In this document: positions 1 to 14,389 of the stretch, piece by piece | How the letters are laid out: each line of letters opens with the position of its first letter | How positions within the stretch are numbered: the stretch's first letter is position 1 | From: Heterodontus francisci | Taxonomy: Eukaryota | Assembly (NCBI RefSeq): GCF_036365525.1 | Contig: NC_090404.1 | Coordinates: 34,586,236 to 34,650,235, forward strand | Direction: 5' to 3' | Length of the DNA stretch: 64,000 bases | Notes under the pieces: model-generated | The model's input: the letters and a program-made list of their open reading frames with translations, nothing else | Databases searched by the model: none | What the model was told of the DNA's origin: nothing | Program-made: the position numbers and the translations under genes

Positions 1-504
1 ACCTGCAAACCTGGTTTTAACTGTTAATCTTCGCAGGAAATGTATTTAACAGGAGCCTTTAGGTCGATGAGACTCTGTGAAGGAGCCAACATTATAAACC
101 CACTGCGAAACCTATAGGAAATTGGTTCCAATCATTTAATTCACATGTTCAAAATTAAATTGAGATTTATATTGGGACAATTTTATACATATCTGGATAA
201 ATCAACATTTCTGCTGCACTCAAGCCAGCCTTCTCTAATACAGTAAAGAGACAGTGATATCACACAAATGGAAGATCAGTGGGGCTTTAAGTCAGTAGCT
301 GACTCACACCAGGATGAGTCCGATTTCCTTCCACTCTGGTTAATGTTGATCTTATCCACCATCAGCTTCACGGACCCTGATTGGAAATGACTGGGAACAT
401 TGGTCCAATTGTGTTCTGTATAAGGTCACAGTCCTGGGTGTTGTGTTGATCTTGGAGTGGCAGCTACTCTGTGTCTGCGACGGAGAATCAATGTCAACAG
501 AATA

Positions 505-690
505 GAAAATGAGAAGAAGTGAGATAGACAGAGAGACAGAAAGAGTATGAGTGATAGAGAGACAGAGAGAGTGAAAGACAGGGAGAGACTGACAGAGTAA
601 GTGAGAGTTAGAATGTGTGAGACAGAGAGGAACAGGGTGAGCGATAGACAGAGAGAGAGAGTGAGCGATGGACAGTGAGAGACAGACCGA
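505..690. repeat. GA-rich low-complexity tract
   Basis: Degenerate (GA)n/(GACA)n. Confidence 0.85.
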
Positions 691-2689
691 TAGAATGAAT
701 GTTAAAGCTTGAGATTGATTTATTTTTGTTGCTTAATGTTATTAAGGGATATGGAACTAAACTGGGCAAATGTAGCTGAGATACAGATCAATCATGATGT
801 AATTGAATGGCAGAACAGGCTCGAGGGGCTGAATGGCCTCCTCCCACTCATGTGTTCCTCGATTTTACAGAATCACAGAGATTGATGCCCTGAGGCTCCT
901 CTCATAATTCTGGGAGCTTCTATTCCTGATAGATGAGGAGCAAAGGTATTCAGGGTGGTCCAGACAGGACAACAACCTCCCCTTCATAGACACATGATCC
1001 TGACTGTGAGGTGATGGTGCGTCTGGGAGAATGATGGGTGGACACATTGTGTGTTGGTTTTTTTTTTGATAAGCTTAACCTCAAGAAATAAACCACTCCC
1101 AGGAGTGAAATGAAGCCCATTGATGAAACATGACATTTAATTTGGAGAAAATCAGATCTGGGATTGTCTTTCTCACACATGGATGTTGAGATGGTCCATG
1201 TTATCAGGGCTGGTAGAACTGGACAGGTCCTGACCCAGCAGTGACAAGACAGGACAGGCCCACTGGGAGGTGATGTAAAACCGAATTAAACTCAAATGTA
1301 GCATTTTCATTATTTAATTAATTTTACAATGAGACTCAGTGGATATTTCCGGTCGGGTTACCTTTCAGCTGAAGGGAGTATAAAAGTTTCCACATCACCA
1401 ATCACATCAATGTTCACTATATCAGACAGCCCTGGTAAACTTTCCTGCAAGTCCCTTTAACGGGATACTGATGAACTTTACATTCAGAAATGTAAATGTA
1501 CAAGGAGATATGGTATAATTTAGGTGGGGAGGGGTCTGTGATTACTAATCCATTTGAAAAGGGATCCTTCAACCAAAACTCTTTGAGAACCACTGCTGTC
1601 AATTCGATGTGACTCTATATACTCACTGTAATTCTCTGTAACTCTCTATGACTATGTCTCTGACTCCTGATGTAGCTGGAAAGGATTTCACTATTTTCAC
1701 CACAATGGTGCACCATCTTCTTTTCCAAAGATCTCTCAGCTTCTCTAATGGCTGTTTCCATCTCCCTCAATTGGGGGTGATATTTGTCCCTATTCTCCTG
1801 GAAACTGAATTCATCTTCTTCCAAACTGTGTTCAATGTAAGACTGATTGGGGAGTCAGGCATCATTCACCCCTAGACCCACACTGACAGGTAAAACCCCA
1901 GACAGTTCCTTAGTAAGGATTCCTCTGGTTCCTCACCATGTATCTGTCAGGATACTGAAACCCAGCTTTCTCACAGTCCATTCCTGGAGGCCCCACTCCC
2001 TGAGCCTGCAACCTTCAGCGGGGTCAGTGGTGGAATTCTACAGCAGGAGTGATCACAGAGTAACTGTCAGGATCTCATCCCCATGGATATTCCAGGTTGT
2101 GTAGTTATAGTTAATCCTGGTGTCTAACACTCACACATCAATAAAACAGCGAATTCCTGGAAACACGCTACAGTTCCTTCTTTATCTGGAGATTGAATGT
2201 CTGTTGTATAATTGTACCAGCAGTTAACAGGTTCCTGTGAACTCTTCCGTCTGCTATTTTAATGCAGACTTTATCCAATTTATTTTAAAGAGATATATTT
2301 TAAATGAGTTAACACCTGTCTTAAAATGGTAGACTCAGGACTATCACACAAACACATGAAAGTTTTGTAGAATAATTACCAGTCATTTTCAGACTGAAAA
2401 CATAAAGCTGCCGTTTCACTTTCAGTCAGGAACAGATCCCAGTTTTACACCAATCTCTGATTTGACAGCACGTTTCCAGCATTCACTGTTGTTCTTCCTG
2501 ACTCTAAACACAGTTGTAAAGGAGCCTTCTGTTCTGTGCCCAAGAGCTCTGAACATGGGGGAGAGCGGCTGGGACACATTTCTTACAGGCCTCAGGATTA
2601 ACCCACATGGGGTCTTTGCTGTCAGTGAAGAGAGATGAGAAAGACCAAAGTGCTATTTATCCTTTGCTCCAGGGAAAACAACATTAACT

Positions 2690-3880
2690 TTTCCAACCTA
2701 ACCTTGTAACTAAAATCCCCCATCCCTGGAAACACTGGTAAATCTCCTTTGCACCCTCTCAAGGACTGTCACATCCTTCCTGAAATGTGGTGATCAGAAC
2801 TAGATGAAATAGCCATTTGGGGCCTAACCAGAGCTTTATAAAGTTCAGCATAACCTTGTTGCTTTTATACTCAATGTCTCTATTTATAAAGGCCAAGGTC
2901 CCAAATGCTTCTCTATCTACTCTTTCACTCTAATCTTCCACCATCAAAGATCGATCTATGTGTACCCTCTGGTCCCTCTGTACGTGCACACTGTTTAGAA
3001 CTGTGCCATTAAGTCTATACTGTATCTCGTTATTACTTCTGTAAAATGCATCACTTCATACTTGTCAGTATTAAATTACATCTGCCACCTCTCTGCCTAT
3101 TCTGCTGGCCTATCTATGGCTTGTGCAGCCATTTCATATCATCCTCACTGTTTGCTGCACCTCCAAGTTTGGTATCATTGGCAAATTTTGAGATTCGACT
3201 TTGCAGTCCAAGATCCAAGTCATTTGTATATATCAAGAAACAACGACCCCAGCACTGACCCTTAGGGAACACCACCGTCGACCATTCTACAGTCCAAAAG
3301 CAACAATTTAATATGAGTAGCTGTTTTCTGTCCTTAAGTTATTTTTTAAATTCAGTTGGACACTCACCCACCTATTCCATGAGCCTTAATGTTGGTGACT
3401 AGCCATTTATGTGGTACTATATCAAACGTTTTCTTCAAATCTATATCAGCAACATCCACCACAATCCCTTCACCAACCTTCTCTGTTACGTCATCAAAAA
3501 ATCAATTAGCTTAGTCAAGCATGATCTGCCTCAATTAACGCAAAACTCTCCAAGTGCCTTTTGATTTTTTGCCCCTGATTATTGTTTTTAAAACCTTATC
3601 CACCACTGTTCCAGAAGACTGAAGGATTGCAAGTGTTTCACTGCTTTTCAAAAAAGGGGAGACATATAAAGCCGGTAACAGAGGCAACTCAGCTTAATAT
3701 CAGTGGTAGGAAAATTTCTGGTGAACAAAATCCGGAACACAATTAATTGCAATTTGGAAGAACGTGCATTAATAAGTGACAGGCAACAAGCTTTTGAAAA
3801 AGAGAAATTGTATCAGACAAAATTGATGACGTTCATCGCTGAAATAATGGAGAGGGTGATAGTGGTGGTGTAAGGTTTTT
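2690..3880. mobile_element. Old CR1 fragment(s): minus 2690-3605, plus 3606-3880
   Basis: Degenerate RT motifs on the minus strand, then a PEDW-IA-V/SLISVVGK-like segment on the plus strand. Confidence 0.65.
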
Positions 3881-5099
3881 CTCCTGTAGGAAGCAAGTTT
3901 ACAGTGGTGTCCCCCAAGGCCATTAAGGATGCAGCTTCCAACTGCCAATCAGGAAGAGGCCTGTGAATGAAACTGGTGCCAGATGCTGGATTTAGTTTCC
4001 TGCTGCACCAGGACGGTTCTTTATTCTCAACCCTCTCTCTCCCGCAGAAACATTTGTCTTTGGCAAAGTAATTGGATTCTGTCTCTGGATTCAATAAGTA
4101 TGCTGCATATTTCACCCGGAATTCTATCAAACTTCTGCAGTTGCTCTCAGTCTGAAATGTAAGTTCTGTTTTCCTCTTCCTTACAGTGAACATGATTGTG
4201 ATCCTGTTTAGAGGAAGGTGGGGTCTCTCCAAATGTGCCAACCACTTCCCGGTGTCCATGCCAGCGGAGGATCTTTTGTGATATTTTAAAGTAATGTTGA
4301 TGAGTTTACGCCCTTTCCCCCACCACTGCTGCGACTGAGGGACTTCAGTCTCCTGCTCAACCTGTGATTGGCCACTGGTTATAATCGTGTTTCAGCTTCA
4401 TTCTTTTCCTTGACCGAAAATCACTTCCCTGTAAGGAATAACTAACATCTTCTGCTTTTGAATTTCATGATATCCTTCAACTTTGTCATCATCTTTCTAA
4501 TTCTGCAACTGATGCTGTATATCACGTGGGTCTTGATTCTTGAGAAAATATCTCTGTGCGTCTTCTGTAACTACATCCTCAAATAACATCAGGACTTAAC
4601 TTGTTACACCTGTATCTGAACTCGGACAAGTTTTATAAATGTCCCATGCTGACTCCACATTAACTATATTAATGTTATCCCATCATGGGACCTCTGATAT
4701 AATTCTGGACTATGACCTATTATCTCCTCTCTATTTCCGATTACACGTTCACTATCAGGTATTTATGTACCCTATTTTTATGTAACCAGTCCAATATAAA
4801 TTGAGCACTCCTTGAGTCTGTTTGTGTGGCCCTGTCAGCTATTGCTTCATGCCCAAGTCCATCTATCTATTTCCACTTATGTTCTTTCTTTTAAAAAAAA
4901 ATATTTTCAGTTTACCCCAACTAGACCATTCTCTTCTATTTTCATGCACCCTTTCATTTCTCCACTCTCAGGTACTCAACCCCCCAATTCCCTATCAAAC
5001 CTTTCATTATTCCTCAGCATTCCTGCTCTCTTTTCACCGTCCCAGCCTGGGCTCCCTCTTAGATAAGGCTACAGCTTCCCCCTGTTTTTTTCTTGGCAT

Positions 5100-5430
5100 C
5101 CTCTGAAGTGTTCATGGAAGAACTCAGCGCTGGCTCATTATGAACAGCAACCCCAATTGCCCATCCTGCTCTCTCGCCCAACTTCCCACCCAGTGCTCCC
5201 ACTGGGGCCTTATTTTGCCAACATGCTTCCTATTGAACTCACCCCTGTGCTGCGGATCCTGTGGACTCTGCCAGTGCATCAGCTGTCATCACAACTCTCC
5301 GCATCTCTATCCAGAATGCCTGTTCACTTGTCAACAATGAGACTGCCATCCATGAACATATTATAGATGACTGCATCGCCATCATGGCTGAAACACCTGG
5401 TTGTGGGATGATGACACTTTGCCACTTAAC
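5100..5430 (+). mobile_element. L2-clade LINE fragment (APE N-terminus)
   Basis: LRISIQNACSLVNN...IIDDCIAIMA-ETWL resembles the N.RSL.NK...TETWL motif. Confidence 0.6.
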
Positions 5431-5829
5431 GTTGGGGAGGAGTGTGTTCAATGGTCGCTACAAATTTATAGGTTTATTGAAGTGGAATTTGAATGAACTA
5501 TTACTGGTTTTCTAATCAAGGACCAAAAGAACTTTCCTACCGCACTTCCATATTACAATGGGCTGATCTGGTATCGCACTCAGGTTCTTTAAAAATGTTC
5601 AAAATAATAATTTATATTTCCTATCAATATTTAAGAAGCATTTTGATTTTCAAACATATCACATATATATTACCAAGATAAGCAATTAAAAGACTGTAAT
5701 GGCATTTCAAATATGTTCAACACAGGATAAATGTGCAGCTCATCTGTTTAAGATTGCATTTCATTTACTATCCCAGCAGCCAGGTCACAACTATAATCAG
5801 CATTCAAAATGCTCCCTTTTGTCTTTTTA

Positions 5830-6240
5830 TTTCATTCAATCACGGTATGCCGGCGTCGGGAAAGACCAGCATTCATTGCCATCAATAGTTCCCTTGAAAC
5901 GGTGGCGATTGTCTGCCTTCTGGTTAACTGTGTGACTTACCTGCAGAGGGCGATTAAGAGACAACCGCATTGCTGAGAGGCTGGAGTCACAGAGACAAGA
6001 CTAGCTAAAGACTGCAGATTTCCTTTCCTGAAAGACATCAGTGAACTGGATGGAATTTTATGACAAGCCGGTAGTTTCATGTTTAACATTACTGAGACAA
6101 GCTTTTTATTCCACGTTTCTGTATTTAGCTGAATTTAAATTTCCCAACTGCCATGATGGGTTTTGAACGCACGTCTCCAGATTATTAGTCCGAAGCTCTG
6201 AATTACGAGTGTAACAACATAACCACTATGGTACCATATT
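5830..6240 (-). mobile_element. tRNA-headed SINE (older family)
   Basis: Colinear with 12858-13200; degenerate B-box head near 6155-6235. Confidence 0.65.
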
Positions 6241-7710
6241 CGTCATAAACGATTGTAAATCGTCCAATTTACCTGAGGTGAATTAAAACCCAAGCTCCAA
6301 GTATAGGGTCTAAATTGGGCATTTATTGGCCAATCTTTGTTGTTTCATCTTAAGTAAAGTAATAGACTCTTCACACATATTGTATTTTAACTGCTGGGAG
6401 GAGGTGTATTAATAGGATAAATTGTCTTACAGAACGGGATTTAAATCACTGAATATCGCATTGTCCCATTGGCTCCTTCCAACATTCTAGGCATTGGTTG
6501 TCGATGTAGGTCTACTTTACAAAGTCGTTGTAAATAAAGATAAATTCAATTACACTCTTCAAGAACTGTTTGTGCACTTTCAGCTGGCTTAAAATAACTT
6601 TGGAATTGAACCAAATGCATGTGGATTGAATGAACTAAAGGCTTTGAGCGTCCCTGGGCAAAACACTGCCTGCTCCCGAGCTCCTCTTCACCTGTCTTCT
6701 CGATTCTACTCATCTTTCAATCTCATCCACAAGTCTCTTCATCCACCACACATTGATTCTCTTCCCCATCCTCCTTCCATTCCCTTTCATCTCCCTTAAA
6801 CTTCTTCACTTTCACAAATCCCAGATTCTTAATCGCCACCTGTTTTTCTACAACTCCATTTCATTTTCTCTATCCTCCCCTTCCCTCTTCCCGATCCTTC
6901 CTGCTCCCCGTTTCCTCATCAACCTGATATTACACATTTAACCTGTCTTCATGTAAAACTATCTTAATAATGTGATGATGTACGGGCTAGAAAGTGATCC
7001 AAGCACACACACTCCACATATTTTGAAGCCAATTTGTCCTCAGTGTCTGGAAGAACTCCACGTTAAACATAGGCCATAATGGATAGTGCTTAGGTTGTGT
7101 ATTTACTAGGTTAGTTGGCGTGTACTGCAGTATCAGTAATGCATTAAAGAAATGAAACTTTCATGACGCTCTGCCTGTGTTTTGTGACATCACAGAGCTG
7201 CTCTGCAGACCACGCCCTGGACATTTTTCCTCCTTCCCTCTCCTTGCCCTCTTTCCCAGCCTCCTGTCACATTCTTCTCGGCGACGCCCCATCCCACCCC
7301 CTGCCGTTTCTCTCTCTCACCTGCTGATCCACCTGCTCTGGCAGCGTTCCATTCTCAAAGCATTCGTCCATCCGAGGCAGGAGGGTGTAAGTCCAACATT
7401 CCAATTTTACATAGGCGTTTCCCATGATAAATGTGGACAGAGTAATTCAGTGTAGAAATATGAAGATAAGGTCTGAATGCAGGACCTTAAAATTGAACTT
7501 AATTCTGTCTGTGCCTCATTGTCCAATTTTGCTCCTGATCTCTACTTATCTGTGGAATACACTTAATCTTGGCTCCAATGTTGGAATGCCAGACTAGTCC
7601 ATTATCCATATGTATAGCGAAGACTGGACTCAGGAAGTCAAGGGCAAGTTTCGTCTTCAGATTAAGATGCCTAATACTGTGCAAACACGCTCAAGCTTGG
7701 AATTTTTTTC

Positions 7711-8596
7711 TCATGATTTAATAAATTTAACCATTGCAGTAAAAGGGTATTTCACCATGTTCGTCAACTCTTTTCTGAATTTAGTCTGGGTCACTGCATA
7801 GATACACGTGTTGGTGCTGCAACTCAGGAGCTGAAGCGTAAATTGCAGTTCCTGTACAAATTGAGGGACAGCTACAGGAATAACGTCTAACAAATGTAAT
7901 AGTTAGCACACAGAATGCAACAGAAACGCTGCCCATAGCAGGGTAAAATTCCCCGATATAACAAATAGTAAATTGATAGATTTCCTTCACTTCTCCATGT
8001 TTGGGTCGCTGGGATTCTCCCCACTGCTGCGGGGCTAAAGTCTCCTGTGGCCTTTACTGACAATAAAATCTGTCTGATGGTAAAGCATTGAGCCGCAGAA
8101 TTATAACAAATGGGATACAAATATAATGAAGGATTTCATTTACTGTCCACACCAGTGAATAAAGAACATATCGGGTTACAGAGCAAAAAACAGAAAAATT
8201 GCTAATCAAGTATAAACTTCCATACAGAAAGTCCCAGAAAGTGTTCTTTACACAGAGCAGCAGACGTACGGTTTCTAGAACCACAGACACCATATTCTCA
8301 GTGCAATATATTTTTCAACTTACGGCAACAAATAGCCACAGACCGATCAAAGGTGAAAGTGACTGCAAACCAGACAGAAGTCTGTGGCTGTGTAAAACAG
8401 GACGGGGTGGATATTATACACTTTAGTGATCCTTCTGAACTGAAACAGAGCCAGATAACGAATAGGAATATACCAGATTATGGGATCAGTGATAATGACC
8501 AGTAGGTAGGCTGCTTCCATGGACGCCAGGTAGTGGGGACACATTTAGAGAGACCATAAATTCCTCGAGATAGTGTCACCATCAGGACTCAGTTCA
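7711..8596 (-). pseudogene. Rhodopsin-class GPCR pseudogene, GPR139-like (shark-expanded family), main exon
   Basis: Frameshifted and stopped segments in the correct order: LSRGIYGLSKC; YLASMEAAYLLVIITD; SVWFAVTFTFDRSVAICCRKL (DRY-equivalent); CIPFVIILRLNA; DPNMEK*RKSINLLFVISGNFTLLW; LQLLSCSTNTCIYAVTQTKFRKEL...KYPF. Acceptor appears mutated (ttacaa). Exon 1 not located. Confidence 0.85.
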
Positions 8597-9049
8597 TTGT
8601 AAAGAAGGTAAAACAGGAAACTTCGTAATGAAAACAACAGCAGCAGAATTATAGAAATCTGGGTGAAATGTGCAAAGTTATTATTGAAGCCATGGACAGA
8701 ATCTATTTTTTCTATCAGTGACGATCTTTCTGCTGGAGAGAGGGTTTATAGTAAAGTATTGTCCTGGTCCAACAGGTAACCAAATCCACTAGGTCCCCAG
8801 CTTCAATCCCCGGCCTGCAATGGGTTGGCATGTGGAAGCGACAATCTCCTCGATGACTTTGGATTAGGAGGGACAGTAACGCAGACTTTCTGATCCTGAT
8901 CACTGTCCTGTGACTTTACTGCAAACTGCGCAGGTGCATGATTCTTGCAAAATCATATTTGGTCTGAACTCATAGTGGCTCAATTTTTAAAATGGTTCTC
9001 TTGGTGTAATATCATAGGCTTTTTATCAAATTTAGAAAGAATTATAGAA

Positions 9050-10740
9050 ACTCATAGTGTCAATACGACCCAGAAGGAGGCCAAAAGGCCTATCAACTCC
9101 ATACCAGCTCTCTGTAAAGCAACCTAGTCGGTCCCATTCTCCCGCTCTCTCTCCCTCTAGCTCTGCAAGCTTATTTCCCTCATTTCCATTTGCATTTATA
9201 TAGCGTCTTTCATGACCTCTGAAATTCCCAAAACACTTAGGAAAATAGGAACGTAAGGAGGCCATTCATAACCTCGAGCCTGTTTTTCAATGAGATCGTG
9301 TTGATCTGTATCTTAAATCCATCTACCTGCCTTGGCTCCATATAATTGCTTACCATTCTCAGATTTAACGTTATTAAATAATCCACTGTTGTTTTTTTAG
9401 TGGGTGATGTTCTACACTTCTGCCATCCTTTGCATATGTTTCCTAAATACTCTCCTGAATGACTTGACTCTGAATTTAAGTTAATTTCCTCGACTCCCCC
9501 ACAAGTGTAAAGGGGTTTTCTTCATCTACCCATGTGAATTCCTTTCGAAGTCCTAAAAAAATTCGACCATTTCATCCCTTAATCTTCTATATTCCAAGGA
9601 ATGCAAGCCCAATTCGTGTAATCTCTCCTGATAATCTCAGCCGTGGTGCAATGGTCCCATTCTGGTGAATCTGTACTTCACTCTTTCCAAGGCAAATACA
9701 CTCTCACTAAGATGCAGTGCCCAGGAATGTCCATAAACCTCCAGGCGTTGTCCAACCAGGCTTTTGTAAAGCTGCATCAAAACTTCTTCCCATATTCTAG
9801 CTCTCTGGTTATGAAGGCTAACATTCCATTAGTTTTTTTGCTTAGTTATTGTGTGTGCTGAACTATTATATTTTAGTGATCTGTGTACATGGACCCCTAA
9901 AGCTCTTTTAACCTCTACTGTTCCTAGCTTTTCACTATGTAAATGATAGTCGGATCTATCTCTTATTTTGGTTGAAATGTCTGGTGCGCCAATCAACTGC
10001 GTTGAAATCCATCTGCCGTAGGTTTATTCACTCATTTAAGCTGTCAATATTTATTTATAATTCTATGCTTCGACCTTACCACCAATCTTTGAATCATTGG
10101 TAAATTTGAATATTTGGGTGTCCATTGCTAATGATTCTTGCCAATGTTTATCCTTATACTTATCCAATATTTATCGCTCAATCACCATCACACAAGAGCA
10201 GGTTATCCGGTCATTAACGCATTGCTGTTGGTGGAGATTGTTGTGCACAATTTGGTCGCCGAGTTTCCTACATTACAACAGTAACTACACTTCAAAAAGC
10301 AATGCGTTGTTGTAAAACATTCTGCAACATCTTACGGTAGTGATAGGCGCTATAAGAATGCAAGTATTTCTTTTTGATTGCGTTATTCAATACATTAATA
10401 ACTTCAGTAGATAGTTGAGAGTCAGGCACAGTTCGTTGTGGGACACCATATACACTTCCTTCCAATTTTAATAAATGCCCATTACCCCTACTCTCCACCT
10501 GCTACCGCCTATCCAATCCTGTAACCAGATTAATAATTTACCCTCAATTCCCTGAGCTTTAACTTTAGCTAAAAGTTTATTACGTTGAAACGTATCGAAT
10601 GCCTTCTAGAAGACTATATAAACTGCAATCATAGATATTCCCGTGTCTATTAATTCAGGTAATTCCTCAAAAAAATCATTAAGTTCATTGGATATAACCG
10701 ACACTTTACAAAGTCATGTTCGCCCTTTCTAATCACAACG
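9050..10740 (-). mobile_element. Old CR1 fragments with an internal plus-strand Deu-domain/L2-tail SINE remnant (~10170-10375)
   Basis: CR1 3' tails at 9050-9200 and 9240-9340 followed by degenerate RT. The insert ends in ggcgctataagaatgcaagt, an L2-like tail. Confidence 0.6.
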
Positions 10741-12514
10741 AATACATTAATTTTGAATTGCATTCACTGTTGTAAATCAGGGAAGCCCTTGAACTATATC
10801 TTTACAAGATGAGGAGATGATAAGGGTAGGATGATGGAACAATTGCAAATCAGAAAACGGGCTGTCAGTCCGAGTGGGCTCTTGGAGGACGGAGTCAGCA
10901 GCAGTGAGTGAGCAACGCCCCCAGTGGCAGTTTGGAAAAGCACTGCTGGAATGGACCAGCGAAAGGGTCGTGTGAGTGTTGAAACCAGAGACTGGATGAA
11001 CCAGTTACTTGGACGTGTGGATATTGGGTCGGTGCTGAAGTAGATTCGGCTGTGATACTCTCTCAGAGAGACAGATGATAAAATGGAACAATAACATCGG
11101 ATAGTGACAAAACCTTGAGGAGAGGAAGAAATACAATACTTAAATAACCAATATAATTAAGAATTCAGTCAGTTATTGACTTCACAGCAACTTGCTCCAT
11201 ATAGTGGATTTAACATGGGGTCCGCCGGCAGACATACTAGGCGGAAATTGACGTCAAATCAAACTATGTCCGACATACTGAGCCTCGAGGTCAGTGTGAA
11301 GTGCAGAGGAACGTGCTTGGAACAGAGTCAGGCACATCTTAAATTGAGATGCAAACTTACTGAAAGTATCGTACAATGTTACCTGCATGCTAAAGACAAA
11401 AAGCAGCAAGAAACACAGCTATGTGGTCCCACAACCAGAGGATCAGAGCAAAACTCTGTCGCTTAATTCTGTGCAGCAAAACATTGTAGTGGACAACTCG
11501 GTAACTAACAGCATGAGGAGTCTGCATAAAATTGCCATTCTCAAAAATAGCAGAGGCCTTCCGTTGTTAGCAGCAATGAAATTCGATGTGATTGCCAATC
11601 TTTTCAATCTAAGCTGCTGAATAGATGGTTCAAGTCACTCCTGAGATTTCCACCATCATAGAGAACAACATCTAACTAATTTGTTTTAATCCGCATGATG
11701 GTCATGACAGAACTGGATACAGCGAAGGTACAGGGATGTGCAGAGGTCGTGAAAAGTTGCTATTTGGGTGCAAAGCTCTTTCTCCTCGTAAGAATCCATT
11801 TCCTACGTCGTACACGTTGACTTTACAATATGCCCTGGAAGTCATTGCATCAGATTATGTATTTATTTTTCTTCCTCTATTCTACTGTTACTGTTAAAAC
11901 TCACCGCCATCTTACACCAAATATGAAAAGGGTGGGACACTTTTTTTAGTAAAGAGAATGATGTTAGGTGACCTATTATGAGCGGTTTGAGAAAGTAGAA
12001 ATAAAGAAAATGTTTCCACGTGTGTGGAAGCCAATGATATATCCAATAGCAAGTTCAGGAGAACCTCTACACTCAGAGATTGGTGAGAATGTGGAACTTG
12101 CTACCACAAGGGGTAATTAAGGTGAATAACACAGGTGAATTTCAGAGGAAGCTAGACAATTACAGGAGGGAGAAAGGAATAGAAGGATATGTTGAAAGGC
12201 TGAGATGAAGTAGGATGAAGCTCTTTGGGAGCATAAATACCGGATTAGACTTGTTGGCTCAGATGGCCTGTTTCTGTGCTGTAAATAGTGTAATAGCGTG
12301 TGTTCCTATCAAATGTCCCCTTATTGCTTTTCTTCTTTGGCTAAAGGTATCTTACCCTGCTGGGGGACGTTTTCACAAGCCTCAAAGAGACAAGGACTCA
12401 GGAATTGCCTATTCTTCCCTCCTGATTGGTGATATTCTTTTATAGGAAATGGGTGTCGTTGGAAAGGACAGCACGGGACAAGTGGCCTCTTTCTGTGCCA
12501 TAAACCTACTATGA

Positions 12515-12856
12515 TTTAGAGATACAGCACTGAAACAGGCCCTTCGGCCCACCGAGTCTGTGCCGACCATCAACCACCCATTTATACTAATCCTACACTA
12601 ATCCCATATTCCTACCACATCCCCACCTGTCCCTACATTTCCCGACCACCTACCTATACTAGAGGCAATTTATAATGGCCAATTTACCTGCCAACCTGCA
12701 AGTCTTTTGGCTATTGGGAGGAAACTGGAGCACCCAGAGAAAACCCACGCAGACACAGGGAGAACTTGCAAACTCCACACAGGCAGTACCCAGAATTGAA
12801 CCCGGTTCGCTGGAGCTGTGAGACTGTGGTGCTAAACACTGCGCCACTGTGCCGCC
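12515..12856 (-). mobile_element. HE1-type SINE (young)
   Basis: tRNA-like head GGCGGCACAGTGGCGCAGTG...GGGTTCAATTC, V-domain-like core and HER1-derived tail. Near reverse complement of 22693-23047. Confidence 0.9.
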
Positions 12857-12857
12857 A

Positions 12858-13200
12858 TTTGTTGCCTACCCCTAATTGCCCTTGACATCTGAGTGGGTTG
12901 CGAGGCCATTTCAGAGGACAGTTAAGAGTCAACCACATTGCTGTGGGTCTGGAGTTATATGTAGGCCAGACTAGGTAAGGACAGCAGATTTCCTACCCTA
13001 AAGAACATTAGTGAAGTAAACGGGTTTTTATGACAATCGATGATAGTTTCATGGTACTATTACTGAGACTCACTTTCAATTCAAATTTTTTAAATTGATT
13101 AACTGAATTTATTAATTAATTGAATTTAAATTCCGCCAACTGCCGTGCTGGGATTTGAGCCCATTGCCTCGGGCATTGGTCTGGGCCTCTGGATTACTGC
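12858..13200 (-). mobile_element. tRNA-headed SINE (older family), interrupted by the HE1 copy
   Basis: Similar to 5830-6240; its end resumes at ~12446-12475. Confidence 0.7.
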
Positions 13201-14389
13201 ACCACAGTCAGAGCCGCCGAGGCGCTTCAATCTGTTCCAACTGGAATCACAGGGCAGTGCCAGCAGGTGGAAACAAAGAGCAGCTTGTCTTCACCAGCCA
13301 AAGGTTCTACCGTCACTCCATTCACTCAGGAAAGGTGGGGCAACCGTGAGTGATCCATGACTACGGTCCTGAAAAACAAGAAACACGGTAAAAAAAAACT
13401 TCCATATGTTTGTGCACTGGATAGATAATCACAGTCTGACTGCTGCTAATTATGAAATGTTACTTTGTAAAGTTTAAAGCAGATAAAATTGCCCGTGGAG
13501 CTACGGTTCCTCCCTGTTGTGACCTGGGTTGGTGTTGTGTACCAATAATAGGAAATATTATAATAATATTACCAATAATAATAAAAATAATTGTTTTTGA
13601 TTATAAAAGATGTAGCATTGATTCGAGGAACTGTAAAAAAAAACACATTGTGCCTTCTAATGGGAAGAAATCATCTGGATTATTAAATCACAAATAAATA
13701 AATTCCTTTAAAGTTTAGGCAGTGTGTGATCTCCTGCCCTGTGGGTTGAATTGAATATTATGATGAGACTCCAATCTTGAACACGCCTGTCTTTGTGTCT
13801 CCACTAATATAGGGTACAGTCAGTTAGTCAGGGTGACATTTTCAGACAGAAGGAATGTGTTGGGACTAGCAGTGGCCTGATGTGCCTTTGTTCTCCCCAG
13901 TGTAGAGTACAATCCATGCTGAGTAAAGATAGTCAACTAGACCAGGGAGCAATGAGTTAGGAAAGGGAAAGTCAGACTGTACCAGATGCAGCATCAGACT
14001 GTATTGGAGATAGCACAGCGCAATCGGAATGAATATAGTACACCTATCTTGAAATAATACATAGTTATGTTCACATCATCCACATTCCTCAGGACAGATT
14101 TTATGAAACCTTTTATTGACCCGCTGTTGTTGTTCTCATTGTGACCGTTAAATGTCAAGGAATTGCCGAGAATGTTTTATCGTTTGCTTTTTGATGCTGA
14201 GATTTTGAGAAAGCCGTCGAAAGTCCAGGAAATCTGTCTGCTGCTGATAGCGGCGGTGAACGGTTTCCATGGCTACTCACAGGAAACTGACTGAGAAGTC
14301 ATTAATTAGCACTAACCAGCACTGAAACACAACGGTGCCCAGAAGTGTTATTTCTGTTATTCTCTACAACGAAAAATATTTGTGCATTA

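Noticed and set aside
300-2100. Exon-like minus-strand pieces (GTGAGT donors near 307 and 1627; peptide SFQENRDKYHPQLREMETAIREAERSLEKKM) and plus-strand VRLGE/GLVEL words reminiscent of interferon-induced GTPases
   Set aside because: Frames are full of stops, and the motifs are inconsistent in strand, order and spacing. Family cannot be assigned without a search.
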